DNA from: Eledone cirrhosa | Taxonomy: Eukaryota | Length of the DNA: 64,000 nt | Assembly (NCBI GenBank): GCA_964016885.1 | Contig: OZ024741.1 | Coordinates: 82,584,001 to 82,648,000, forward strand | Direction of reading: 5' to 3' | Made by a program: the position numbers and the translations under genes | Notes under the pieces: generated by a model | Database searches by the model: none | Seen by the model: the letters and a program-made list of their open reading frames with translations, nothing else | Told to the model about the DNA's origin: nothing | Part shown: positions 53,209 through 64,000 of the stretch, in pieces | Position numbering within the stretch: the stretch's first letter is position 1 | How the letters are laid out: each line of letters begins with the position of its first letter

Positions 53209-53406
53209 CATATTAACGGCTGAGGAGCCTAATTTGCATATCGAGTGAGTTAATCGGCCGGGGGCAACGAGAATGATAAACGGAAAAAATGGAACGAAAT
53301 TTCATTTCTCACTCTTAGTACGGCTGTTACTAAATATAAGTATGTATACGTACATATATATATGTATACAGACGTACAGTAGTATGTATATTTATATACA
53401 TACATG

Positions 53407-53449
<43 letters not shown>

Positions 53450-54346
53450 GTATGGGTTCACCGAACATTTATTATAATGCTCGGTGTGTTTGTAAACCAA
53501 CATCCCGAATTAAGCCGTACAGTGTCTAGCAACCATCGTTGCTCATTTGTTCAAGACTGACAAAGAAACGCTGTACTAATTTCAAGCTTATTAGCTATCG
53601 TCTGCAACGTGTATCTCCCTGCCAGATGATTGAACGTCTGAAAGTTTATACTTTCCTTATGCATATTAACGGCTGAGCAGCCTAATTTGCATATCGAGTG
53701 GGCCGGGCGCATCGAAAATGATAAACGGAAAAAATGAAACGAAATTTCATTTCTCACTCTTAGTACGGCTGTTACTTAAACATAAGTATGTGTACGTACA
53801 TACATATATGTATACAGACGTACAGTAGTATGTATATATATATATATACATATATGAACACACACATATATATGTACGTATGGATTCACAGAACATTTCG
53901 TTTCATTTTTCCCGTTTATAGTTTTCGGTGCGCCCGGCCGATTAACTCACTCGATATGTAAATTACGCTGCTCAGCCGTTAATATGCATAAGGAAATTAT
54001 ATACTTTCAGACGTTCAATCTTCTGGCAGGAAGGTATACCTTGCAGACGATAGCTAATACGTTTGAAACTAGTACAGCGTTCCTTTGGCAGTGTTGAACA
54101 AATGAGCAATGATGGTTGCTACACAATGTACGTCTTAATTCGGAATGTTTGTTTACAAACACACCGAGCATTATAATAAATGTTCGGTGATTCCATTCGT
54201 ACATATATATATGTGCATGTATGTATATATATATACATACTACACTACGTCTGTATACATATATGTATGTACGTGTACATACTTATATTTAAGTAACAGC
54301 TGTACTAAGTGTGAGAAATGAAATTTCGTTTCATTTTTTCCGTTTA
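53209..54346. mobile_element. Family-D ~450-bp tandem repeat (continuing at 48058-48435), with an inverted unit at ~53897-54346
   Basis: The unit recurs at 48058-48435 + 53209-53330, at 53330-53770 and partially to ~53895 (-), then in + orientation. HHRs lie at 48339-48381(-), 53568-53610(-) and 54038-54080(+). Confidence 0.85.
53568..53610 (-). ncRNA. Minimal hammerhead-like motif, family D (CAGACGA core, U4->A)
   Basis: acgttg-CAGACGA-t-agc(taataa)gct-t-GAAA-ttag-TA-cagcgt; stem I is 6 bp. Other copies have the palindromic loop CTAG. Confidence 0.65.
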
Positions 54347-54355
54347 TATATATAT

Positions 54356-54386
<31 letters not shown>

Positions 54387-55057
54387 AAAAGAATATATAT
54401 ATATATTGTTATACTTTGGGAGTTTCATGCTGCCAATAAAACCACACGCGCCATCCGTTATAACTGTTCAATGTATTATACATTTCCGGCTGGTTGGTTC
54501 AATAGCCGGAAGTTTACTTCTACATTGTCAAATCTCTTTAGTCACACATTCTATGACATCCTTGAATACCATTCTGGCATTAAATAAAAGTTAGGAAATT
54601 ACTGTAGAAATAGCAAGAGTGTGGAATAAAGAGGTGCGTATCTTTTTTGTGATCATTGGTCCTTAGGAATCGCAGCAGATTTCCACAATGACATGAACAA
54701 TCTAAACATAGAGTATGAGGTGAGTACTCTTCACCTTTGAAGGAAAATGTCCGTCTGTCTATTAAACACAAGATAGTGTAAGATTGAACAAATGAGAGAC
54801 CTAAAATAACAAATTTGTCCATGAGGTTGTCATGGAATGTATTCTGAAAGAGCTTTCAGAATATATAAACAACTTCCGGTTATTGAACCGACCAGCGAAC
54901 CGGAAATTTATAATGAATTGAAGTGAAAATCAAAAGGCGTTACTGTATAACAATATCTGTTTCAATATAGGTTTTCAGATAAGAAATCTCGCAAAACGAA
55001 TTTAAAAAGGAAATATGCATATATATATATATATATATATACACTCTTGAGAGTATG

Positions 55058-55111
<54 letters not shown>

Positions 55112-55138
55112 CTCTCAAGAGCTTGAAACTAATAAACC

Positions 55139-57894
55139 TTGGTTTGTCCTTCAATCACCTTACCGCTACTTACTGCCGCCTCGGACTTCGCCGAAGCACT
55201 TGTGCCCATCACCGACCAGGAAAGAAAAATCCTCCTCCACGCCAGGAAGACAGTCGTACTCTTTGGCAACTCCAATTGGATAAAAAGAACTCCTGACTCA
55301 CTCTTCGACGTCAGCATGGGCGCTACGGATTCGGCGGAGGTCACAGATCTTATAGGATTATTCCTTATAGCCAAACTCACCGATATGTTTCCTGCTTTCG
55401 GTGGTGGATTGTACCGTGATGATGGGCTCCTTACCCTTAAAGGGTACAACCCCAGTAGTACAGATCGGGTCCGTAAACAATTAATCAGCTTCTTCCGCGA
55501 CTGGGGATTTAAATTAACCCTACAAACGTCCCTGACCCGAGTTAATTTCCTGGACGCTACACTCGATCTCAATAATGACCTGTACTACCCATACAGGAAA
55601 CCCAATGACAACCTGCACTACATCCACCGCCGATCTAACCATCCTAGGAACATCACCAACAACCTGGTCAAAAACATCTCCCTCCGTATATCCCGTTTGT
55701 CAGCTAATGAGAAGATATTCGATGAACATGCGCCTTACTACAACCAGGCCCTTAAGCGGAGTGGTTTCCGGGAGGAAATATCCTACTGTCCAGCTCCCAT
55801 TAGCGGAACCAGCAGGCCACACCGCCGCTCACGCAATGTAACATGGTTCAATCCTCCTCACAACGCCGAGGTGACAACTCCCATCGGGACAATTTTCTTT
55901 AGGCTCATTGAAAAACACTTCCCACCACAACACCGCTACCACAACATAATTAACAAAAATACCATCAAACTCTCTTACAGCACTACACCTAACTTCGCAC
56001 AAAACATCGTCTCCTCCAACAACAAAAAACTCACCCCGATGGAAGAAACAACCTAAATAGCAGTGGAGAGCCGACCAGGAGGTGCAACTGTCCTGATAGA
56101 TCAAGTTGCCCCCTCGACAACAGATGCAGAGACCGTAATGTGATCTACCAGTGCAACGTGAGCACGGACACCTCCAACAAAGCTTATATAGGATTAACCG
56201 CATGCGACTTCAAGACCCGGCTATACCAACACAGACATACCTTCCGAAACCCGGCCCGGCGTCACGCCACTGCCCTTTCGGGCCACATATGGGACCTCAA
56301 GGACAACAACATCAACTATGATCTCACTTGGAAATTACTGTCCAGTGCCAACTCTTACACGGGAGGACGCCGTCCGTGCAATTTATGCTCGTAGGAAACA
56401 TTACAAATGTTGTTTTCGACGGACCAACTCCTAAACAAGAAATATGAACTGGTTACTGCATGTAAACACCGATTACGTAGGACTTACCTCGCCCTCAAAC
56501 CCCATAATGACCCGGGAGGTAGACTAGGGCTATAACACCCCACTTGCCTATTTTGTAATGGGTAACCCCTGCTTGCCAATGGAGACGTAAGATCTTCTTT
56601 TACATTCTTTTATCGCTTCCTCTATATTTCCTCCTTCCCTCATCCCTCCCTAGTCATTCTACGCTAGTTCCCTTTCTCTGTCGTCGTCTTTTTCTCGCCC
56701 ACCCGAGGTAGCCCATCGGTCCCTTGTAGCTTCAGCACCCCCACCCCCTCCCCTATTCTATGATAGATTTGGCTGAAATCCGCTTTTTATAGCAGAGGTG
56801 TTAGACTTCGGATACTCGCCCCCTTCTCCGACCGCTGTCCCTTTTTTCCGTGCCTTCTATATTTCTTAGTGGCATCTTTGCTTTAATTTCTCGTTTATCC
56901 AGTATTTCTTTCTTCTTTTTCCCTTTTTTTTTTGGGGGGGGGGCGGTTCCTGTATTAATCTTCCGTTCTTTACTTTTACTTCGTACGATCTTTCATGTAG
57001 CTTGTATAAGACTTTCTTGTTTCGTGGCGGTACCCTTAGAGTTAGCACTAGTTTTTTTTTTTTGCGGGACCCTGAATTATATTCTCGTACTAGTTTACTT
57101 TCTTGCACTGGGTGGTTGCTGGCCCTGTGATTGGGGTAGACACCTTTATTATATTCGTGGTAGTCTCTTTAGTATTCTGCCCCCCCCCCCCCCCCCTTTG
57201 TTGACCCGTCACCGTACGATACACGCACTTATACCTCGTATAAGGCTCCCTTTATTTCCGTCCCACCTAGTTTATTCCTATTTTTATTCTACATTATATA
57301 TATATATATATTTTATTTTTTTAATTTATTTATCTATTCTTTTATTCACTTATTTGTTTATTTATTTATTTATGTATTTCTTTACCCTAGCTATAGTGAG
57401 AGGCTTATGTCTTAGTAACCAGATTTTGCTTATTTTTTTCTCTCTCAGTACCTTTTATAGTTTTACCTTTCATTGTTCTACTTACCGTTTCGACCTCCTC
57501 CCCCTCCCCTCCCCAGTATCCTCTTTGACCTCACACCCAGCTGTAGCTGGCACTACCAACGCATGAATGGGTCTACTCCACCCCTCTCCCTTTTTCTCAT
57601 ACCGGCAGGTTGAGCTACCCCCTCCCCCACCAACTTGCCATCACAGATTTACTACTAACTTGTGATGTGACCAATCCTGGTGATTATCTCTTTGACCATA
57701 TATGGAATTACCCCTTGATAAGTTCGGCTATTTAAATACCAGAATAAATTTTCATTCAGTACAGAATTAGCCGTCGAAACGGCTTGAGCTCAGCCGTCGG
57801 GGTCTTACTTGTTCCTATTACCCACTCTACTACCCTAAGTATTGAGTACTTTGGTGCGTTATGGTCCACCTGGGTCCTTACCACATTTCCTTCG

Positions 57895-57897
<3 letters not shown>
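55139..57897 (+). mobile_element. PLE-4: 5'-truncated RT + GIY-YIG, ~1.4-kb 3' UTR ending in an HHR and (TA)n
   Basis: ORF 55139-56056 has FDVSMGATDSAEV, GLYRDDGL, VNFLDATL, SNHP and WFNPP. ORF 56140-56394 has IYQC...AYIGLT..FKTRLYQH...CNLC. Confidence 0.92.
57710..57803 (+). ncRNA. Type-I hammerhead, family A (U3-A8 core, GUC site, long stem III)
   Basis: acccc-TTGATAA-gttcggcta...tagccgtc-GAAA-cggct(tgagctc)agccg-TC-ggggt. Confidence 0.78.
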
Positions 57898-57935
<38 letters not shown>

Positions 57936-58298
57936 TATTAGAAAGTGAGGTTTTTTTTACAAAATGAAAAATAACCGAGGTGCCCTACACGAGTGAAAGT
58001 ATAAAGAAAAAAGATGAAATCGAAAATGCAACTGGAGTCTTATTTAAAAAAAAATATATAATTATTTATTTGGTTCCTTTACCGGTTTCGCAGTTCTTCT
58101 GCTTTTCAAAAGGTTAGTTGAGATGGAATGTCTGTGGTTTTCAGCACATCTGATGTGAGAAAAACCACAGACCCTCCATCTCAACTCACCTTTTGAAAAG
58201 CAGAAGAACTGCGAAACCAGTAAAGGAACCAAATAAATATATATATTTAAAAAAAAAAATAAGACTCCAGTGCATTTTCGATTTCATCTCTTTTTCTT
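57936..58298. mobile_element. Family-E palindromic element with outward-pointing HHRs
   Basis: ~58003-58150 is the reverse complement of 58152-58298. HHRs lie at 58076-58113 (-) and 58189-58226 (+). Confidence 0.82.
58076..58113 (-). ncRNA. Fully paired 38-nt minimal hammerhead, U3-A8 variant
   Basis: cctt-TTGAAAA-gcag(aagaa)ctgc-GAAA-ccgg-TA-aagg. Confidence 0.8.
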
Positions 58299-58307
58299 TA
58301 TATAAAT

Positions 58308-58341
<34 letters not shown>

Positions 58342-58455
58342 GTATTATATATATATATATATATAAATATATATATATGTATTATATTTATATGTATACA
58401 TATATATGTATTCATATATGTAAATATATATATTCGCATCTCTGTGTATGCAGAG

Positions 58456-58519
<64 letters not shown>

Positions 58520-59862
58520 TATATTTATATGTATACATATATATGTATTCATATATGCAAATATATATATTCGCATCTCTGTGTATGCAGAGCTATATGT
58601 ATATATAGATACGTATATATATGTATACATACATATATATATATATTAGATACCTAAATAAATACATAGATGCATATATACAGGTATTTTAGGTATTTTG
58701 ACAACTAAAAATGGTATATTTATCAGCTTAATCTTCCATTACAAAAGACTATTTGTTCAGTTACATTCATAGATTTAACGAAGGATGTCATTGAGTAGAA
58801 TTATTCCATTGCTCTTAAATGTATTCAAATAGAAGCAGAAACTCGCTTCCTCTTTATTATCTAAAATTACGACAAATTATTTCATAATTCAAACATTGAA
58901 AATAGAAGAGAAAGAAATGATGTGAATACGTACAATGATATTAGACTTTGGCTAGAATGCAATGTGACTTTGTTCAATCTCTATGTTATGAAAGAACAAA
59001 TACTGCCAATATGATCTTTCGAATAAATACTGCCAATATATATCTTTCGAACCATAACTAAATAGATAGACTACCAATCCATACTGAGTATTAATTTTCC
59101 TCTATACCTCTATATGTCTCACATTCCGATATATAATGATATGGGCCTCGTCACTCCGCCTAAAATCCTTTCATTTGGTAAGTTAAAAATCGACCAATTT
59201 GTGGGGTTTTTTTTGTATTTAATTATAGCAGTTTGCGTTCTACTTTTTTAAACTAAGGTGGTTGAATCAAGCTTTCAGCCATCAAGTTCAAACAACAATA
59301 ACAACATGAAGGATCCTACATGAACATACATTTACTTAACATTTGTTGGAGGTTTTGATATTTCATGTCAGATCAAACTTATTCATATCTAAATCTGATC
59401 ACAGATGATTTCATTCAGTGCAAGTGAGGAAATGAGAGAGAGGAATAGAGGAAAAGTGGAAATATCTACCATAGTATTGGACTGATATTTATTCAAGCTC
59501 TTCAAAAGGATTAAATGCAGTATTGATCAGCATTAATTGTAGGATGGATTTCTAACTCAGTGCGCAGAAAAATTGAACGTATGCTACAACTTATTATATC
59601 TAACGTTTAACAAACTTTAAAATTCGCCGCATTAACATGAACAGCAAATACATCTTAGGCGCGGCTGCGTAATACTGCTGGTCTCTTTCTACAAGGGAGC
59701 ATGTCGGACGTTAAAAAGGCCTACAATTTCGAGTGGAGAGGACACAATAGATTCAAACTTCAGCGTAAGCTCAGAGATATTATGAATATTTACGTATTGA
59801 GGCAGATGTTTCAAAGTTCAAATTTTCCGATGTTTCATATGTCAACTATGTAATTTATGCAT

Positions 59863-59955
<93 letters not shown>

Positions 59956-59983
59956 GTAATAAAAATAATAATAATAATAATAG

Positions 59984-60410
59984 TAATAATAATAAATTTG
60001 AAGACTAAAATCCAAAGAGGGCTCGATAAGGATACATATATATCAAATATATAAGAACCGTAGAGCGAATGTTTATTAAAATAACAGATTAAAGTTTAAG
60101 CAAAGAATCGTTGCTTTCACCCGTAACGGGATCTTCTGAAATTAACAAAGTCAATCTGTAAACACAGAAGTGGATAGTAATTGTTTTTCACCGCTCCTAT
60201 TAATGACGTATTATATTCGTTTTTTTCCGTTCTTTGCCAGGGAACGTTTCCACGAACCAAAGTATCGTCTTCCTGTCTTCCTCCGGTTGCAATGTTTTTT
60301 GAAATATCCACTTCTGCGTTTACAGATTGACTTTGTTAGTTTCAGAAGATCCCGTTAAGGGTGAAAGCAGCGATTCTTTTCTTAAACTTTAATCTGTTAT
60401 TTTAATAAAT
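59984..60410. mobile_element. Family-C inverted pair (PLE-2-type 3' ends)
   Basis: 60072-60176 is the reverse complement of 60305-60409. The same arrangement occurs at 47739-48050, 45846-46003 and 4825-4975. Confidence 0.8.
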
Positions 60411-60483
60411 AAATATATATATATATATATATAAAGAATGAATAATAACAGGTAGACATCATAAAAAGGTAATTTATTCTGTG

Positions 60484-60595
60484 TGCTTACAAATGTTTCC
60501 ACGGTGGTTATACAGCCTAGCTATGCTATGTCCAAATTTATAACTATTTGCAAAATTCAATTACCAAATGCTGTGACCACTGTATCATCAGAGCA
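60484..60595 (-). ncRNA. Type-I hammerhead with a large stem-II loop (truncated partner at ~61226-61295 on +)
   Basis: tgct-CTGATGA-tacagtggt...(~67 nt)...accaccgtg-GAAA-catttg-TA-agca. 60530-60660 is inverted at 61165-61295. Confidence 0.65.
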
Positions 60596-61377
60596 GAATG
60601 GTTAAAATGTACAATGTAAATACCCTTAAGTGAGGTTATTGGGGAAGATAGAGTAGAAAAAAATAAATGACTAAATGATAGAATGGAACGATCATTATAC
60701 TGCAACCACAGACTGAAGGCTAAATTCTATCACTATAAAATAACTTAGCATTCGAACCCGTAACTATAACATTGCTTTCTAGTTAACCGCTTTCTCTTCC
60801 CCACACAAGACAATACCCTGCTTATCACTATAAATGGAAACTTAGTGCAATTTGCACCCATCCCATAGCTTTCGTCTGTCCCCTCTCTATCTCTCCCTCT
60901 CTATCCATTCCTCCCTCTCTCTCTCTCTCTCTGTCGCCCTAGGTCCACCTCCCTCCCTCTCCACATCTATGAACTGCCCTCTGTGGCAATACATAATCCC
61001 AACCTTGACTATCAACGCATCGCCTAAGGTGGTGGCTTTGAGAGTAACCAGTATAATAAAACCCCTACCACAACATTTTGATTAAGATATCTACAAACCA
61101 CTCTCTCCCATTTCTCCAACACTCTCTCTCTCTATCCCTCTCCCCTTCTTTTCTCTTTTCCTTTTCTACTCTATCTTCCCCAATAACCTCACTTAAGGGT
61201 ATTTACATTGTACATTTTAACCATTCTGCTCTGATGATACAGTGGTCACAGCATTTGATAATTGAGTTTTGCAAATAGTTATAAGTTTGCACAGACACGC
61301 AGATATATTGCCCTTGGTATGACAGTGTGGTTTTAGCTCAATGTAGGATAACTAGTATACTATAGAGCCGTTATGCA

Positions 61378-62755
61378 TTTAGTAATAACCAAAGAGTGCT
61401 TAGAAATACATTGTTTTATTTGCTAACAGTGTTTCATCTATACCCTATGGCAGGAGTCATCAGAGCTTAGAAACAAAATATATCAAGGTTTGCAGGCTCC
61501 ATCGAGCTCAGTCACCAGAACAAGGATAAAGGACAAGTAGGGGGTCCCAAGGCCAGCGCTATATAGAAAGACACACGAATATAATATCTTAAAAAATTAC
61601 ATTAAAAAAATGACATCAAAAGTTTATCACATAAATGGTGCAAAGGATGTAAAGATGTAAACAACATAGTTGTCATTAACAGTTTTAGCCATGAGTTTAC
61701 TATATATATTCTACAGTACTTGCAAACAACAGAAATTCACACTCACTCTAATAAGCCCGCTTATTAATGTAACCATAACTGCTTTTCCTCCAGTCTGCCA
61801 TAGGTAATTCCGTAATCGGAGTTTTCTATATACGCTTTCTGTCTACGTGACTGACTAGCCATCACGAATAGCATTTACTGTGGTATATTTGCATATGGTA
61901 TGGCACTTTAGTTCGATGCCGACTCGGCCATACAGTGTATTTCATTTGGGACGTTGGGTTGCGTGACCGAACGTGAGGACTTTGGGAGATAGCGGATATT
62001 GCGGACCTGTTTTATTTCCACTTTCTTCACTGGAGTGCCGGCTGTACATGTACTCTACTTCACTTCACCTCATTGTACTTTACTTTATTTTAAATTTAGG
62101 GTGTTTATTGCAGACTGCCTATGTGGAGAAATCCTCTGCGTATATGTTTTGGAAACATAGTATTATATCGCCTAAAGCTTGGAACTGGAACCAATGGATG
62201 GAGGTTGTTGGTATGATATGGAGAAATCGACCTGTTACAAGACGATATAACTGGAGTGCACCATCCTTCCTATTGACAATCCTATATGTAAAGCTGCACC
62301 ACAGCTAACCAACTTTTCTTTTCACTGACTCATGCTTGCAAACTTTCATGCTCTGCCTGTGCATCCTGTATTTGCACTGCTTGTGAATTGATGTGTCTAT
62401 GCTTTGTTTTGTTTTTTCGTTGTTTTTTTATCATGCTGAGTAACACCCTCACTCATTTCTTGCTATCCTCTCTCAACCTCCTTATGATCTATTGCACCAT
62501 TTATGTGATAAAACTTTGATGTAAATTTTTATGACATTATATGCGTCATGTATTGTGTGTTTTTCTATATAGCGCAGGCCTTGGGACCCCCATACTTGTC
62601 CTTTATCCTTGTTCTGGTGACTGAGCTCGATGGAGCCTGCAACCTTTGATATATTTTTTGTTTATAAGCTCTGATGATTCCTGCCATAGGGTATGGATGA
62701 AACACTGTTAGCAAATAAAACAATGTATTTCTAAGCACTCTTTGGTTATTCCTAA
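61378..62755. mobile_element. Element with ~200-bp inverted arms, each carrying an outward-pointing HHR (61422-61466 -, 62668-62712 +)
   Basis: 61378-61577 is the reverse complement of ~62555-62755. Fold: gct-CTGATGA-ttcctgcc(atag)ggtatggat-GAAA-cactg-TT-agc. Confidence 0.72.
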
Positions 62756-62756
62756 A

Positions 62757-62790
<34 letters not shown>

Positions 62791-62966
62791 AATAGATATT
62801 TCGATGTGTGCATGTGCGCGCTTATGCGTGTATGTGTATTTTTATGCATGTAATGTAGATGTTTAAATATATATATATATATATAATATAAAAGAGTGAT
62901 GGTTATTGTTAGGTTGGTTGATTAAACCACACAAAAACTACACACACACACACACACGCACATATC

Positions 62967-63109
<143 letters not shown>

Positions 63110-63495
63110 GGAGAGGCAAAGAGAAAGAGAGAGAGAGTCACGTCCTGCAAATTTCTAGAATCGGCTTAAACTATAGATCAAAGTATCAGTTGAATGTTTA
63201 ACAATATTGTGTTAACTTTTAAATTCGTTTTACAGCAGTCTTTGATTTTACAGAACACAGAAAAAATTGATATTATTTGAAATTAATCTACGGTGTATAT
63301 TAATGTAGCTTTTTAGGGGATAGTGTCATATTATTATTGGCCTAAATATGACAGAGTGTCAAACTACTCTCTAAGGCTTCTATTTGCATTTATTTCTATT
63401 TTTTATATTGCTTTGTATCTTTTTTAACGATATTTTGCAAGAAAATTAATTTCATCATTTCACCAAAACACCCTTCATGTATCGGAGGAGTTACA

Positions 63496-64000
63496 ATGCC
63501 CACCAAACGGTTGAAATCTTCAAGCGAAAGAGAAACTGACGAACAATATAAACAGAAGACTTTGGAATAAAGAATGACGTCAACATTGTAACGTTCAGCA
63601 GAATATGAGACGGAAAACAAATAGGTTTTGATAACAAGACAGACGATCGCAACTTTCTAAAAGTGTACAGAAACTGAGACGAGAATCAAAAGAGATTAAG
63701 GCAAGAAGAAAGACTATTGCAACAAACAGAGGTTCAGTATGAAAATCTCCAAGAGGCAATGAGAGTTGCGATGCAAACTTGACGAGCACAAAGGACACTT
63801 ACAGGTAGTATATACTGGCTGAGAGCTGCGTTTCCATATGATCCATCGAAGATTTATAGAAATGATCCTGAACTGGCAATTGGTAGCATGGATATATCAC
63901 TTGGCATATGTTGCTTAGGAGGATAGATGATCCTCCAGCTTTTATCTATATACTGCTTAAAGACCATACTAACGAAGCTAAAGCCTCCAGAAGCAATGTT
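63496..64000 (+). pseudogene. Degenerate N-terminus of a Helitron Rep/helicase ORF
   Basis: MPTKR...E/R-rich stretch...AAFPYDPSKIYRNDPELAIGSM...GICCLGG resembles the Helitron AF.YDP..IG.M..CC.GG motif; it has stops and frameshifts. Confidence 0.5.

Overview
AT-rich eukaryotic (animal) DNA made almost entirely of repeats. The tRNA-derived SINE and Tx1-like LINE sequences resemble octopus/cephalopod repeats, but the taxon is inferred from memory, not checked. No host protein-coding gene is supported. Recognisable elements: four Penelope-like retroelement (PLE) RT/GIY-YIG copies, three with inverted 3' duplications; an intact 1130-aa R4/Dong-type RT-RLE LINE ending in (TAA)n, plus two 3' fragments; a CsRN1-clade Ty3/gypsy element (gag with CHCC motif, -1 frameshift, pol, tRNA-Trp PBS, only one LTR); Tx1/L1 remnants; Helitron remnants; about a dozen tRNA-derived SINE copies; and many (TA)n, (CA)n, (GA)n and (TAA)n tracts. 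The main hidden signal is that most of the short unexplained repeats between the (TA)n tracts fold by eye into type-I hammerhead ribozymes (HHRs). There are about 11 sequence families and more than 20 copies, many as outward-pointing inverted pairs or tandem arrays. Several families have fixed non-canonical cores: U3-A8 covariation, U4->A, and a U.U opposition at the base of stem II. All folds were made by hand and none has been tested for cleavage.
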